NCBI GenBank assembly: GCA_027262695.1
Contig: GCA_027262695.1_4722.1
DNA from: a phage
Length of the DNA stretch: 64,000 bases
Reading direction: 5' to 3' (one strand)
Shown: piece by piece, positions 19,342 through 29,098 of the stretch
How the letters are laid out: each line of letters begins with the position of its first letter
Position numbering within the stretch: position 1 is the first letter of the stretch
The notes under the pieces: model-generated
The model's input: the letters and a program-made list of their open reading frames with translations, nothing else
Told to the model about the DNA's origin: nothing
The model's database searches: none
Program-made: the position numbers and the translations under genes

Positions 19342-20832
19342 TTATTTTTTACTCGGACGATTCAGCGCAGGCACCGGATTTTTCGGTTGCTTTGTTTTTT
19401 CATCCATCCAGTACGGGAAGTATTCACCTGTACGCATGCGCAGTAAGTCCATGGTGGAAAGGAACGGAAGCGGATTTGGGTCGTCCAGATACGTCCAATA
19501 ACCACGTGTGTTTAACAGTACATCCCAGTCGAAACCTTTTGCTTTAAGATCGTCGTACAGTTCCTGTGGGGTGCAATAGAGCTGTGGGTTCTCGTAAACT
19601 TCTTGACGCCAGAGATTATGCATCTGGCACAACTCCGAGGTAATCTCCAGAGCGCGTTGCAGATACTCATCTTCTTCACAGAGAGAACGAATGGTTGTAC
19701 GCTGTAGTGCAACATCCGGATAAATATCCAAATACACCGTAGAAGCACCCTCAGCAGGTTTACCACCGGATGCATGCATACCCCAACCACGCATCCATTC
19801 TTTATCGCGTAGGTAATGGTATTCTGTTAACGACGGTTTAACGCCTTCGCTCTGACTGACGACAATCGGAAACGGTAAACCTGTCGGTCCGTTTTTAGCA
19901 CGCATGTTGAAAACCTGAATCAACTGCAGATCGGTATCACCAATAAGGTTATCACCAGGTCCACGAGGATACAACACACGTTTATCGGCGTTCTGAAGAA
20001 TCGTCAGTTTATCGATTTTCCAGAGGTTGTTAGTATAAAACGTAAAACGTTCAGGGACGTTCTTAAACTTCTCGTCACCTTTAAACCCTTTCAGTTTTCG
20101 TACCGGTTGCTGGCCTGGCATACCGCCAACGTTGACACCATCACCAAGGTGGGCCGTCATGGTGATATAAATGCCTGCTGACGCGGTGAGTACCGGCATC
20201 TGGGATAAAATCTGGCTTTTTGCTGCTGCTGAACGCATGGCTTCAGCATTTAGCTTTGCACCACCTGCGGTTTCTTTATCGAACAATGCATCAACAGCAT
20301 CGATTGGTAATCCAGAGAAACTGTCAATGAGGACAACGGTTGGTAACCACCAGGTGTAGTTCTCGCCGTGTTTGTTAATAAATGGAACGGCTTTGCGTTG
20401 TGACTTGTCTTTAACTTTGTCGTCACGGAATTTCTTGATTGCGTCGAACCAGATGTTACCACTCATCTGAACAGCGTCGGTGATAAACACACGTTCTTCT
20501 TCGAACAGGTCAACACCCGCGATATTAGACATGTTCATCGCAAGCGTTAAGATACGTGTTGTCGTTAACGACATTTCTGTGTCGTAAACGCTACTATTGC
20601 TGTTCGCGTAACGATCGATAACACGTAACAAGCGAAACATTATGAACGTGGTTTTGTTCATGTTGCCGCGAGCGCCTGCGCCCTCAACAAGCATCATACC
20701 GCCGTTACAAATGCTTTCACCGTGTTTACCGACGTAGTACCGACCACCAGATGTGGGAATATCCATTAAGCAACCAATGTTGAGATTAAAACGCATCTCT
20801 TCACCGGGAGAAAGGTACTTATTAAGATTCAT
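19342..20832 (-). CDS. RecA-superfamily ATPase (UvsX/RecA-like recombinase or DnaB-like helicase core)
   Basis: P-loop-like GAGARGNMNKTTF near N-terminus; TVVLIDSFSGL and AEAMRSAAAKSQILSQMPVLTASAG resemble RecA/UvsX Walker B and downstream region. Confidence 0.5.
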   Translation of the reverse strand: MNLNKYLSPGEEMRFNLNIGCLMDIPTSGGRYYVGKHGESICNGGMMLVEGAGARGNMNKTTFIMFRLLRVIDRYANSNSSVYDTEMSLTTTRILTLAMNMSNIAGVDLFEEERVFITDAVQMSGNIWFDAIKKFRDDKVKDKSQRKAVPFINKHGENYTWWLPTVVLIDSFSGLPIDAVDALFDKETAGGAKLNAEAMRSAAAKSQILSQMPVLTASAGIYITMTAHLGDGVNVGGMPGQQPVRKLKGFKGDEKFKNVPERFTFYTNNLWKIDKLTILQNADKRVLYPRGPGDNLIGDTDLQLIQVFNMRAKNGPTGLPFPIVVSQSEGVKPSLTEYHYLRDKEWMRGWGMHASGGKPAEGASTVYLDIYPDVALQRTTIRSLCEEDEYLQRALEITSELCQMHNLWRQEVYENPQLYCTPQELYDDLKAKGFDWDVLLNTRGYWTYLDDPNPLPFLSTMDLLRMRTGEYFPYWMDEKTKQPKNPVPALNRPSKK

Positions 20833-20930
20833 TGGGTAAAAACTCCTTCGATTCTTCGACTAATTCTTAGTGTTCAGAGAATAACTATTTTTAGTTAAGA
20901 CTGACAACCGCTATTTCCACGAGGACAATC

Positions 20931-21773
20931 ATGCATAAATTTACCATTCCTGAAGACCCGATTACACTGCAGACCCTTTGGGATTCACATCGTGCTCTAT
21001 CAATGGAAGGCTTTGCACAAGACTTCGCTTCACTTACTGCAGTAACGAATCTTCGTAGTATGTTTACTAACGGTAAGAAGTTCGTTACCGATTGGCTTAA
21101 AAAACGTGATGTGACGGTTTATCCTAAAGTCTCCGATGACCTCGATACCATCTTTAGCAACAACGCTTACAGCGATCTCATTGGGTATCGTGCTTTTATT
21201 CCGAATGGTTTAAATGCGCCGATGTCAGATTATGTTGTTGCTTTAACCCAGAGCCTGGATAGCGTAATTGGTACCATCTTGCCCGATTTGGATAAGTTGA
21301 CCGTAACGTGCGCTAAAGCCGTCAACGACGTTAACTTCCGTCGTAGTAGTGGTATGGCTCAAACACTACCTAAAAACGACCCAGAGAACGTTTTAGAGAC
21401 GTTACGTGCGATGTTCAAACGTGGGACGGTAACACAGACCACTGTAGGTCGTGCATATAAGAACGAAGACGATATCCGTCAGATCGGAAAAGATCTGGAT
21501 GTTTCCCGTACCCGTGCGCTCGACGTTAATCCTAAAGACGTGAAGAAAGCAATCGAACGTTTCATGGAGGTGGCTGACCGCTTAACCGAAATCCTGGTTC
21601 AAGATTACAATGAGGGTGCGGTGAGCAACGCAATGATTCGTGATATTAGCGACGCTATCTACCAAACAGCCAAGCAGGCTGAACTGTATGCGTTTCTCGT
21701 GAACGCTTTGGCTGAAGCGATCATCGCATATAACGACACATGGGACGCCGTTAAAAAGAACGCGAAAAAATAA
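20931..21773 (+). CDS. hypothetical protein
   Basis: 280-aa ORF bounded by divergent promoter region and terminator hairpin. Confidence 0.55.
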   Translation: MHKFTIPEDPITLQTLWDSHRALSMEGFAQDFASLTAVTNLRSMFTNGKKFVTDWLKKRDVTVYPKVSDDLDTIFSNNAYSDLIGYRAFIPNGLNAPMSDYVVALTQSLDSVIGTILPDLDKLTVTCAKAVNDVNFRRSSGMAQTLPKNDPENVLETLRAMFKRGTVTQTTVGRAYKNEDDIRQIGKDLDVSRTRALDVNPKDVKKAIERFMEVADRLTEILVQDYNEGAVSNAMIRDISDAIYQTAKQAELYAFLVNALAEAIIAYNDTWDAVKKNAKK

Positions 21774-21781
21774 CATAATAA

Positions 21782-21817
21782 CCCACCCTACTACCCCGTT
21801 AAGGGCGGTAGGGTGGG
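21782..21817. terminator. bidirectional hairpin CCCACCCTAC...GTAGGGTGGG
   Basis: 10-bp stem between convergent genes. Confidence 0.55.
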
Positions 21818-21824
21818 ATAAGGT

Positions 21825-22256
21825 TTATTTGCTGTATAGCTGTACCACTCGTTGTGTCGTAGGAACGCAGACTCTTACCAGAAGCTTTTTAATCTCCTGA
21901 CGAATCGTTGCTTTATCATCATAATAAAGCCATGGTGGAACGCGTTGCATTATGCGCTGCACGGCTTCATCGTAGTTCGTCGTCTCATTGAGTAACGTCT
22001 CACTATCCAGATCTTTCCATGCAGTAATACCAAGCCGCGCAGCAAACATCAGCGCTGAAACTGACTCCGCTATCTCCAGTCGCTCATTCATATCCGCAAG
22101 ACCTTTTAGCATGATGTAATTATCATCGTGCCGATGTAAGGTACCAAACAAACTTCCAAAGAGGAGGATGCGTTTGGCTTTTGCGGTTAAGAGGAACGAC
22201 AGGAGAGCGTGTTTCAACGGTTGTTTCTCACGTTCTACCTGTTCGACCATCTCCAT
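21825..22256 (-). CDS. hypothetical protein
   Basis: 143-aa ORF downstream of RNase H fusion gene. Confidence 0.5.
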   Translation of the reverse strand: MEMVEQVEREKQPLKHALLSFLLTAKAKRILLFGSLFGTLHRHDDNYIMLKGLADMNERLEIAESVSALMFAARLGITAWKDLDSETLLNETTNYDEAVQRIMQRVPPWLYYDDKATIRQEIKKLLVRVCVPTTQRVVQLYSK

Positions 22257-22259
22257 TGA

Positions 22260-23786
22260 TTACTCCAACACATAACGTGGGTTACTGTATATGTTAGCCC
22301 ATATCCCCACATCGTTACCTGATTCAATAATCACAGCAAAACGAAACGCAATATCAGACTCACGATAGGTTACTGCATACGCTTTCGTTTCGGGCGATGC
22401 TAAATAGCTCAAGTTCAGACGTTGAGGCAGGTCTAACCCCAAGGACATGGTACATGACGTAACACCTTGTTTATCAGGGTTCAGTCTGTAGTTCATGTCC
22501 ACTTTTAGGCTTTTCGTCACCTGCGTAATCGCACTATGCACTTTGGTAACCGTTTTGCCTTTCTTATCCTTTTCTGTTTCGAAAAGAACGTCGGTAATTT
22601 CGGTTACGACCAGACGCGGTGTGGATTCACGGTTATTGTCCAGCCATTCATCCAGTAACGTCTTCAAGAAGTTCAAGGAATCAATCGCACGCCAAGCAAG
22701 GTTCGGCGGATTACATGCTTCCATGAGAATCGCGGTGTTCGATCCACCCAACGGAAGATGCACGCTCTTACCGAGGCCCGTTGGACGCATGGTAAGATCG
22801 CACTCGCCCTCAAGAATATCGCGATGGTATTGACGATGATGAAGGTTATCGATGTATGCAATATACACTGATTCCGTTGTCCCATGCTCTAATACCCGAG
22901 ATGCATGCATACGCATAATCTCGACAGCATCATCTGGTTTGCTTAGATAGACAACGCTATACGCACTATCGCTGATTCTTTTCCCTAATTCAAGACGTCC
23001 TTTATTATCTTTATCGGTGTTACCACCGAAGTAGATATAGCGACCATCTTTCGCACGTTCTTGCTGCTGGTTGGTGGTGAAGTAACAGCGCGAGAACGTA
23101 AAGAACGGGCTTATTTCCGGCTCGGGGTTCCAATAACCTTTCGCTGGAAGCTCTCGGCGTATTTGGGTTCGTACAGCCCAGTCCTGGTTTTGTGACAGAT
23201 ACGTTCCACGCGTCGCCAGCATATCGGCACGCTCGTTACCGATATTGCCCTCGTGTCCAGGAACGTATCGCAGCGAAATATCGATAGCGTCGCGCTTTGC
23301 ATCCCTGATTGCACTATCGAGTTTTCGCCACCGTTCAGCATTCAACAACGGTTTATTATCGGATTTCACCCAGTTGTTTTCTCGCCAGTTAGCAAGATGG
23401 TTGGTGGTACCTACAACAACATATTGGCTATCCGACAATAGCTGAATCCGTTTTGCCCCCTTCGCTTTTCCAAGTTCAATCGCACGAATCGCTGCGTCCA
23501 ACTCCGCCTGATTGTTCGTCACGTTGAAACCTAACGCTTCTAACTCATCCACGTACTCTTTGGGTTCGACCAGCACAGCGTCTTTAGGAAAGTCGAGTTT
23601 AGGATCGACGTAACCGTATTGCGTCGGTTTGGGCTTTCCACTTTTTGAAGGTTCCAAGGTGCCTTTCACTTCTTTCATCAAATCGTAGGTGTAGCCATGT
23701 ACACCATAGCCACCGTACCCACTTGACGTTGGACGGGATCCCCCGTCACAATAGAAAACGGCACCAAGCTCGTTATTTCCTGCCAT
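22260..23786 (-). CDS. RNase H1-like domain fused to ~320-aa C-terminal domain of unknown function
   Basis: ORF track 22260..23798; start moved to ATG 23786 (MAGNNE, GAGG upstream). RNase H motifs: YCDGG, TNNQAELDAAIRA, SDSQYVV, GNERADMLA. Confidence 0.7.
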   Translation of the reverse strand: MAGNNELGAVFYCDGGSRPTSSGYGGYGVHGYTYDLMKEVKGTLEPSKSGKPKPTQYGYVDPKLDFPKDAVLVEPKEYVDELEALGFNVTNNQAELDAAIRAIELGKAKGAKRIQLLSDSQYVVVGTTNHLANWRENNWVKSDNKPLLNAERWRKLDSAIRDAKRDAIDISLRYVPGHEGNIGNERADMLATRGTYLSQNQDWAVRTQIRRELPAKGYWNPEPEISPFFTFSRCYFTTNQQQERAKDGRYIYFGGNTDKDNKGRLELGKRISDSAYSVVYLSKPDDAVEIMRMHASRVLEHGTTESVYIAYIDNLHHRQYHRDILEGECDLTMRPTGLGKSVHLPLGGSNTAILMEACNPPNLAWRAIDSLNFLKTLLDEWLDNNRESTPRLVVTEITDVLFETEKDKKGKTVTKVHSAITQVTKSLKVDMNYRLNPDKQGVTSCTMSLGLDLPQRLNLSYLASPETKAYAVTYRESDIAFRFAVIIESGNDVGIWANIYSNPRYVLE

Positions 23787-23836
23787 TGTAAACCTCATTA
23801 ATCATTGTCCGTATGATAGCCCAAAGTTGTACGGTA

Positions 23837-24388
23837 TTACCGATTCTGTTCTGTTGATGTCGATTGATTGCGATTGACCTTCATTGACCTTAATTTTCCT
23901 CCGTTAATCACGCATTGATCGCGTTGTTCGACAGTAGTGAGGCTATTGCAGACGTAGTAAGTATCAATGAAACGATCCACGCGTTCTTGAAACTTCCTTT
24001 CATCAGCTTGTTCTCGTTCGTAAGTTCGTAACGCACGATCAACTTCACCCTGCAGGATCCGGTTCTGTTCAACCATACTGTCGATTAAACGGCCTCTTAC
24101 TTCGTTCGATGTGTAGAGTTGACGAATCAGTTCTCGGTTGGTATCACGCGCATAACGCAATGTTGCATTCTCCTGACGTAAGCTATTAACATCAGCCATC
24201 AGGGTAATGATTTTTTCGCCAGCAAATAACGTCACGATACCCAATACGATGAAAAAACCCGTAATCAAGAATATCGAGGACTGCCGAGCTCCATCTCGAC
24301 GAGAACGTGCAGGCGGTCGCTTACTTCGCCGAAACAGCTCGCGAAGAAAAGGGAAAAGCCAGGGCAACGCCTTGAGTGTAGTAAACAT
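23837..24388 (-). CDS. membrane-anchored coiled-coil protein (single TM, Rz/i-spanin-like topology)
   Basis: ORF track 23837..24532; start moved to ATG 24388 (AAGGA upstream). Basic N-terminus, TM SSIFLITGFFIVLGIVTLFAG, then heptad-rich region. Confidence 0.4.
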   Translation of the reverse strand: MFTTLKALPWLFPFLRELFRRSKRPPARSRRDGARQSSIFLITGFFIVLGIVTLFAGEKIITLMADVNSLRQENATLRYARDTNRELIRQLYTSNEVRGRLIDSMVEQNRILQGEVDRALRTYEREQADERKFQERVDRFIDTYYVCNSLTTVEQRDQCVINGGKLRSMKVNRNQSTSTEQNR

Positions 24389-24442
24389 GCGTGTGTCCTT
24401 GATAGTATGAAATTTCCAATACAACTTAACCGAGGACGTCGA

Positions 24443-25783
24443 ATGATTAATATTTTTGGTTTTTATACGTACAAAGGGTACGCTAATAACCACCCAAAAA
24501 CCACGGCGAAATTCGGTGAGTTCAGTCAGCACAGTGCTACGTTCAGTCGCGAGATCGGCATCTATACCAACACGGCGTACGCACGTACGACCTTATTAGT
24601 GTTGAATGCAGAAAACGAAGCTGGTGAGGCACAAACGCTGGATGACGACACCGCAGGCCGCATTCTTCAGGTTGGTCAATGGTTGCTGGAAAAAGCCTCA
24701 TCGGGCGAAATCCAGGAAGACAGAGACCAAGTTATCAGCTACCTAAAAGACGACTTCACAACGTATCTTGATTCTATCGACATCCCAACACCCACCACCG
24801 ATGGGAAAGTCTATCTACCGGCGTGGATCAGTTTCAAGATAACAGCCACCGGCGATGTTGTCAAGATTTGGTTGTCTGATAGCGTATTCCAAAGTCAATA
24901 TCCAAAATACGAATATGAAGTCGTTCCTCCTGTTCCTAAGGATCAGTTAGATACCTTCTTCGAAGATCTGGCAACATTGAAGAAACTGGTTGACAGTCGA
25001 AGCAGCGAGAAACTGACCGAAGAAATCAACGAGGTGCGCGACCAATTCCCAGACACACAATTGTGGACGAAAACCTATAAAGCGTACGATTACACCGACG
25101 ATTCGAAATACATTAATACCGATTGGACGGTGATCATCTACGGTGCGGCAGGTAACAACATTGATAATATCAAGGAGTTCCTGCAAAACTGGGTTCTTAG
25201 CAACAGCACGCACGGACGTCCAGACTGGGAAATCGTTCTGCCGGATCTTTTTATTCCGACGGAACACATCTTCATCCCAATCTGGAACCGCCACAGCGCC
25301 CCGGAAATGACCAATCAGGCACGTATCTATAGTCCTATCTTCGATGATTCGTTGATGGATACCTACCTGAAAAACTTTGCTGATGGTTACGGTGAAACCA
25401 CCGAAGTCCGTAAATCGCTTCAAGCTGTGCCGACGTTGTGGCGCTCGATCGGTTTCTTAAGCGTTGGTAACTCACGTAACCGTGACGGTAAGCTTAAGTT
25501 CTACGATCGCTGGCCGCAATACGCACTTATCAGCACAACCAGTATCGACATTAACCGTATCGACGATGCGACACGTGAATTCATCACCTTCACTTACGAA
25601 ATGCTGAAACTGGCAGAATCGCTCACCGAAGACGATCCAGTACCGTTGGGCTATAGTCGTGTTACGCGTGGCAGCAATAGCTTCTTAGCGAAAAGCCACA
25701 ACGATGTTCAGTATCTCTTCTTAACAAAAGAAGCGTTCCTGAAGAAAATGCCGGATGAAGCCGACACACCTGTTGGAGGTTGA
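24443..25783 (+). CDS. hypothetical protein
   Basis: ORF track 24407..25783; start moved to ATG 24443 (GAGGA 6 nt upstream). Confidence 0.55.
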   Translation: MINIFGFYTYKGYANNHPKTTAKFGEFSQHSATFSREIGIYTNTAYARTTLLVLNAENEAGEAQTLDDDTAGRILQVGQWLLEKASSGEIQEDRDQVISYLKDDFTTYLDSIDIPTPTTDGKVYLPAWISFKITATGDVVKIWLSDSVFQSQYPKYEYEVVPPVPKDQLDTFFEDLATLKKLVDSRSSEKLTEEINEVRDQFPDTQLWTKTYKAYDYTDDSKYINTDWTVIIYGAAGNNIDNIKEFLQNWVLSNSTHGRPDWEIVLPDLFIPTEHIFIPIWNRHSAPEMTNQARIYSPIFDDSLMDTYLKNFADGYGETTEVRKSLQAVPTLWRSIGFLSVGNSRNRDGKLKFYDRWPQYALISTTSIDINRIDDATREFITFTYEMLKLAESLTEDDPVPLGYSRVTRGSNSFLAKSHNDVQYLFLTKEAFLKKMPDEADTPVGG

Positions 25784-25785
25784 TT

Positions 25786-26412
25786 ATGGCTGTAACACGC
25801 ATGACGCCAAGTCCCGGTGCGGTCGGGGTATTCACAGTATCAGCGCCGTTCTCCGTTGGTGCATCGACGTTATATACCGTTACAGCGTTGCGAAGATTCA
25901 GCGAAGTCATCGGTAGTGGAATCGATCTATTTACGGAACTATACGAACCGTTATCGATAGACAAATCCACTTTCGAAGCGCATCTTGAAGCAAATGCTTA
26001 TCTCGTCACGTTACAGCCGGATTATGGTGCGCCAGTACTGGTACCAGATACGTATATCACGTCGTACCCAAAGAACGATTCCTTACGGTATCGCCGCATT
26101 ATTCTGGGTATTGATTTCGGGCCTCTTCCTCCCGGTCTTGACCTTTCGTATTTAACAACGATATTGAAAGGTAAAGCCAGTGATATTCTTGGTGTCGAAC
26201 CTGAAGTTAAAACGATGGAAATCACTCTCGATGATACCGTTACTCAGGAACAACATCAGATAAACGAAGCCCGTCGTCAGGCTGCGATAAAAGAGCGAGA
26301 TACCATTTACGCACGCTGTGAAACACAAGAGAAGCAGATAACGGCTTTACTTGCAACCCAAAAGCAACTTATCAAATTGCTTCAAGACGCCGGAATCAAT
26401 CCGACACCTTAA
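25786..26412 (+). CDS. hypothetical protein with C-terminal coiled coil
   Basis: ATG 25786 with GGAGG 6 nt upstream, 3 nt after stop of previous gene. Confidence 0.55.
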   Translation: MAVTRMTPSPGAVGVFTVSAPFSVGASTLYTVTALRRFSEVIGSGIDLFTELYEPLSIDKSTFEAHLEANAYLVTLQPDYGAPVLVPDTYITSYPKNDSLRYRRIILGIDFGPLPPGLDLSYLTTILKGKASDILGVEPEVKTMEITLDDTVTQEQHQINEARRQAAIKERDTIYARCETQEKQITALLATQKQLIKLLQDAGINPTP

Positions 26413-26418
26413 CATATT

Positions 26419-26450
26419 CCCTCCTCCAACCCGTAAGGGAAGGAGGAGGG
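26419..26450. terminator. hairpin CCCTCCTCC-AACCCGTAAGGGAA-GGAGGAGGG followed by TATGCCGT and A12
   Basis: Same hairpin family as 13571; motif at 26452-26459. Confidence 0.6.
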
Positions 26451-26521
26451 CTATGCCGTAAAGCAAAAAAAAAAAATGATAGTCACGAGCCCTCCAATGA
26501 AGGAGAGCCGTGACCGTCAGT

Positions 26522-27223
26522 TTAGGATGCGGATAATCTAGCGTACTTTTGTCGAATATGGTTCTTACGGCGAACTTCGTCATCCTCGTCGCGCCATTCG
26601 AGGTAAGCTACGAATCGCCGTAACTGCGCTGCAGTCATTGTTGCTGACAGATCTTCTATTTCTAAAACAACATAGTGAACTTCGCCGACACCATCGCAGT
26701 CAGTATAACGGAATACCAAAAGATCCTTATCATATTCCGTGATAATAACCTTGAATCGTTTCTCGAACAAATAAAACAGTTCCGATTCGATAATCATCGG
26801 GATAACACAATTATCGTCACGTTCAATGATTTTCATCATCACACGTAACGCACGAAGCGCGTGATGGGCGAACGAACCATTAAATCGTTGATTCATTGCT
26901 TGTCCCACATCAACGATCTTTGTTCCTGGCCAGGGACGGATTACTGATTTCGGTGGTGTAAGACGGCAGCGGTACGCTTGTATAAACAACAGAATATCGG
27001 CGACATTAGGAAATTCTTCCTGGTCTTTGTACAGCTTACGGATAATATCCGGGATCGTAGTCAACAAATATTTCCTATCGCCTCCTACTTTCTCGAGATT
27101 AGCGATATGCCCTTCTACCACTGGCTGGTAAACGAAATTATACCAGTGGTGGTATTTTGCAACGTGTTGGTATTTCGGGATGAAATTAAGAACAGCGTTC
27201 ACTGCGCGTTTTAATGGGTTCAT
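26522..27223 (-). CDS. hypothetical protein
   Basis: 233-aa ORF. Confidence 0.55.
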   Translation of the reverse strand: MNPLKRAVNAVLNFIPKYQHVAKYHHWYNFVYQPVVEGHIANLEKVGGDRKYLLTTIPDIIRKLYKDQEEFPNVADILLFIQAYRCRLTPPKSVIRPWPGTKIVDVGQAMNQRFNGSFAHHALRALRVMMKIIERDDNCVIPMIIESELFYLFEKRFKVIITEYDKDLLVFRYTDCDGVGEVHYVVLEIEDLSATMTAAQLRRFVAYLEWRDEDDEVRRKNHIRQKYARLSAS

Positions 27224-27237
27224 CAGAAGAATCCTTC

Positions 27238-27672
27238 TTATGTTTTAATATGCACATCGTCAATCCCCTCGGTAATCCAGCCGATGGGAAGGACAATCGT
27301 TGTTATCGTGTTATGGGTGTAAGGATTAAGAAAATGGAAATAGTAATTTGTGTTAGATTGTTCGATGCGTAGGTCGAGCTGTGCGTCTTCAGGTAACCGT
27401 AACCAGGCACCGTACAGTTCATTAAACTTACGCTGAATTTTACCTGGGTTCATTGGAACCCCACGACCACGTTGATGTAGCTGACGTAATGATTCAATCA
27501 AACACTCAGAGATACCCGTTGTCGTTCCGTTATCGCTTGTATCGACAACGATGAACTCTCGTGACCCACGACCAAGATAAAAACCAGCAACAAAAGCTGC
27601 AGCAACAAAAAATATCGTACCGATACCAATATACCAATAGTAAGTATCCATAACGGCCTCACTTATACCCAA
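27238..27672 (-). CDS. small membrane protein (N-terminal TM)
   Basis: TM YYWYIGIGTIFFVAAAFVAGFYLG near N-terminus. Confidence 0.5.
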   Translation of the reverse strand: MGISEAVMDTYYWYIGIGTIFFVAAAFVAGFYLGRGSREFIVVDTSDNGTTTGISECLIESLRQLHQRGRGVPMNPGKIQRKFNELYGAWLRLPEDAQLDLRIEQSNTNYYFHFLNPYTHNTITTIVLPIGWITEGIDDVHIKT

Positions 27673-28238
27673 TAGTCGGCAAGCGGTTTCACCTTATTAA
27701 CGGGTAATTGTACTTTACCGATATTCTCTACATCTGCATCCGCGTAGAGAACAATTTTATCATTGTCTCTTTCCCAACGAATAATAAATCGACCAGGAAG
27801 AAGATTACCCTGTTCAAGAGACGCAGTAACCTGCTGCGTTAACACCGACAACCAAGCAGGCATCAGTGTTGCAATATCTAAGTCATTTGACCATTCAGCA
27901 CGTTGCTCCACAGGGCGTAACATCCGTTGGATGGTGCGTTGAACCGTCGCAGTGATATAGCCTTTATCTTCATCACTGATCGGATCCGGACGAGACACAA
28001 AACGTTCAGTAGGCTTGTGGGTAATATGTTCATGCAATTCGATGAGTGGTGTTGTCATAGTACTCGCTCCGTCAGAATGTAATTGGGTAACCCGCAGGGT
28101 TGTCTGCATGGTATTCAGAAGCGCAAAAGCGCCATAAACAACAACGACACTAAGTACAACCAAAACAGAAATCATTAACGTATATTGCATTGATATCTCC
28201 TCTTCATACGCATCTTGAAGATTAGTTAAAATCAACAA
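27663..28238 (-). CDS. small membrane protein (N-terminal TM)
   Basis: TM LMISVLVVLSVVVVYGAFALL near N-terminus; GAGGAGAT upstream. Confidence 0.5.
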   Translation of the reverse strand: MLILTNLQDAYEEEISMQYTLMISVLVVLSVVVVYGAFALLNTMQTTLRVTQLHSDGASTMTTPLIELHEHITHKPTERFVSRPDPISDEDKGYITATVQRTIQRMLRPVEQRAEWSNDLDIATLMPAWLSVLTQQVTASLEQGNLLPGRFIIRWERDNDKIVLYADADVENIGKVQLPVNKVKPLADYWV

Positions 28239-28258
28239 AAGAAAAAACGATATAAAGC

Positions 28259-28284
28259 AAGGTCCTCTGATATCAGAGGACCTT
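28259..28284 (-). terminator. intrinsic terminator: 26-bp perfect palindrome followed by T-rich run on minus strand
   Basis: AAGGTCCTCTGA-TA-TCAGAGGACCTT, then TTTATATCGTTTTTTCTTTTG on the transcribed strand. Confidence 0.65.
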
Positions 28285-28291
28285 GGATCAA

Positions 28292-28948
28292 TTAGCTTGC
28301 AGCTTCTTCATTTGTTTCAGGTTTGCTTCCCCCTAACAAACCGTCGAACAGACCCGTATGTTTCAGGTAGAAGAGAGCGATAGCGCCCATTGCTGCTGCG
28401 CTCGTCGCCGTTAATGCAACCCCTGCACGATACTGCCATTTACGGTCAGGCTTTTGATCAAGCGCCATACGACGCATGTATTCAGCCTCTGCTTCATTCC
28501 GATGAATTTCGGATTCGGCCAAGCGGGCTAAGGTATCGCGGTCAAGGTTATCATAACGTGCGTTCATGGTGGTTTCCTCTTGTTTGGAAGTTGATTGCTT
28601 GGTAGATTCTTGGTCAACAGTCGTTTCGGTTGGTTCAAACGGCTGGTTGTTCATTTTCTGATCTTTATTGGACATGATAGGCTCCTTCGATTTTTGAGAC
28701 GAAATTGATTTAAACCATCGTGGATGGCGGTATTCGGTTTTACATGTGCAGTTAAGTTTCTCGTGCAGGAAAGCGTAAAAACGTTTTGCGCCTACACGTA
28801 AGGCTTTCAGCATTACCCATCCACGAGCACTCAAACGGTGTAGCTGTTGCGGTATGTCGAGTTTCCTAGCCAAGCGAAAGTATCTTTCAATCACTTCGAT
28901 AGGAAACCATTGTTGTTCCACATCGGTGAGACTGAAAGTCTTATCCAT
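28292..28948 (-). CDS. hypothetical protein with C-terminal TM segment
   Basis: 218-aa ORF; hydrophobic GVALTATSAAAMGAIALFYL near C-terminus. Confidence 0.5.
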   Translation of the reverse strand: MDKTFSLTDVEQQWFPIEVIERYFRLARKLDIPQQLHRLSARGWVMLKALRVGAKRFYAFLHEKLNCTCKTEYRHPRWFKSISSQKSKEPIMSNKDQKMNNQPFEPTETTVDQESTKQSTSKQEETTMNARYDNLDRDTLARLAESEIHRNEAEAEYMRRMALDQKPDRKWQYRAGVALTATSAAAMGAIALFYLKHTGLFDGLLGGSKPETNEEAAS

Positions 28949-28979
28949 GATTGAAATCTCGCTGGCTTACTTCACTTAA

Positions 28980-28996
28980 GTAATATAGCCGTGAAA
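28980..28996 (+). promoter_or_regulatory. conserved 17-mer GTAATATAGCCGTGAAA (candidate promoter element)
   Basis: Identical 17-mer recurs at 43715-43731; the 9-nt core GTAATATAG recurs at 15875-15883. Confidence 0.35.
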
Positions 28997-29098
28997 AATG
29001 TTGGATTAAGTTAAATACCGCAACCGCAGCTAATTTTATAGGCTTTTAGCCTAAACCAATCATCTTCGGAATCATCATCTTTGAAACAGGAATCTATC

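Noticed and set aside
21825-22256. Minimal nucleotidyltransferase assignment for 21825..22256 based on FGSLFGTLHRHDD
   Set aside because: The GS...DxD spacing is imperfect (DD is adjacent, not D-x-D); too weak to call.
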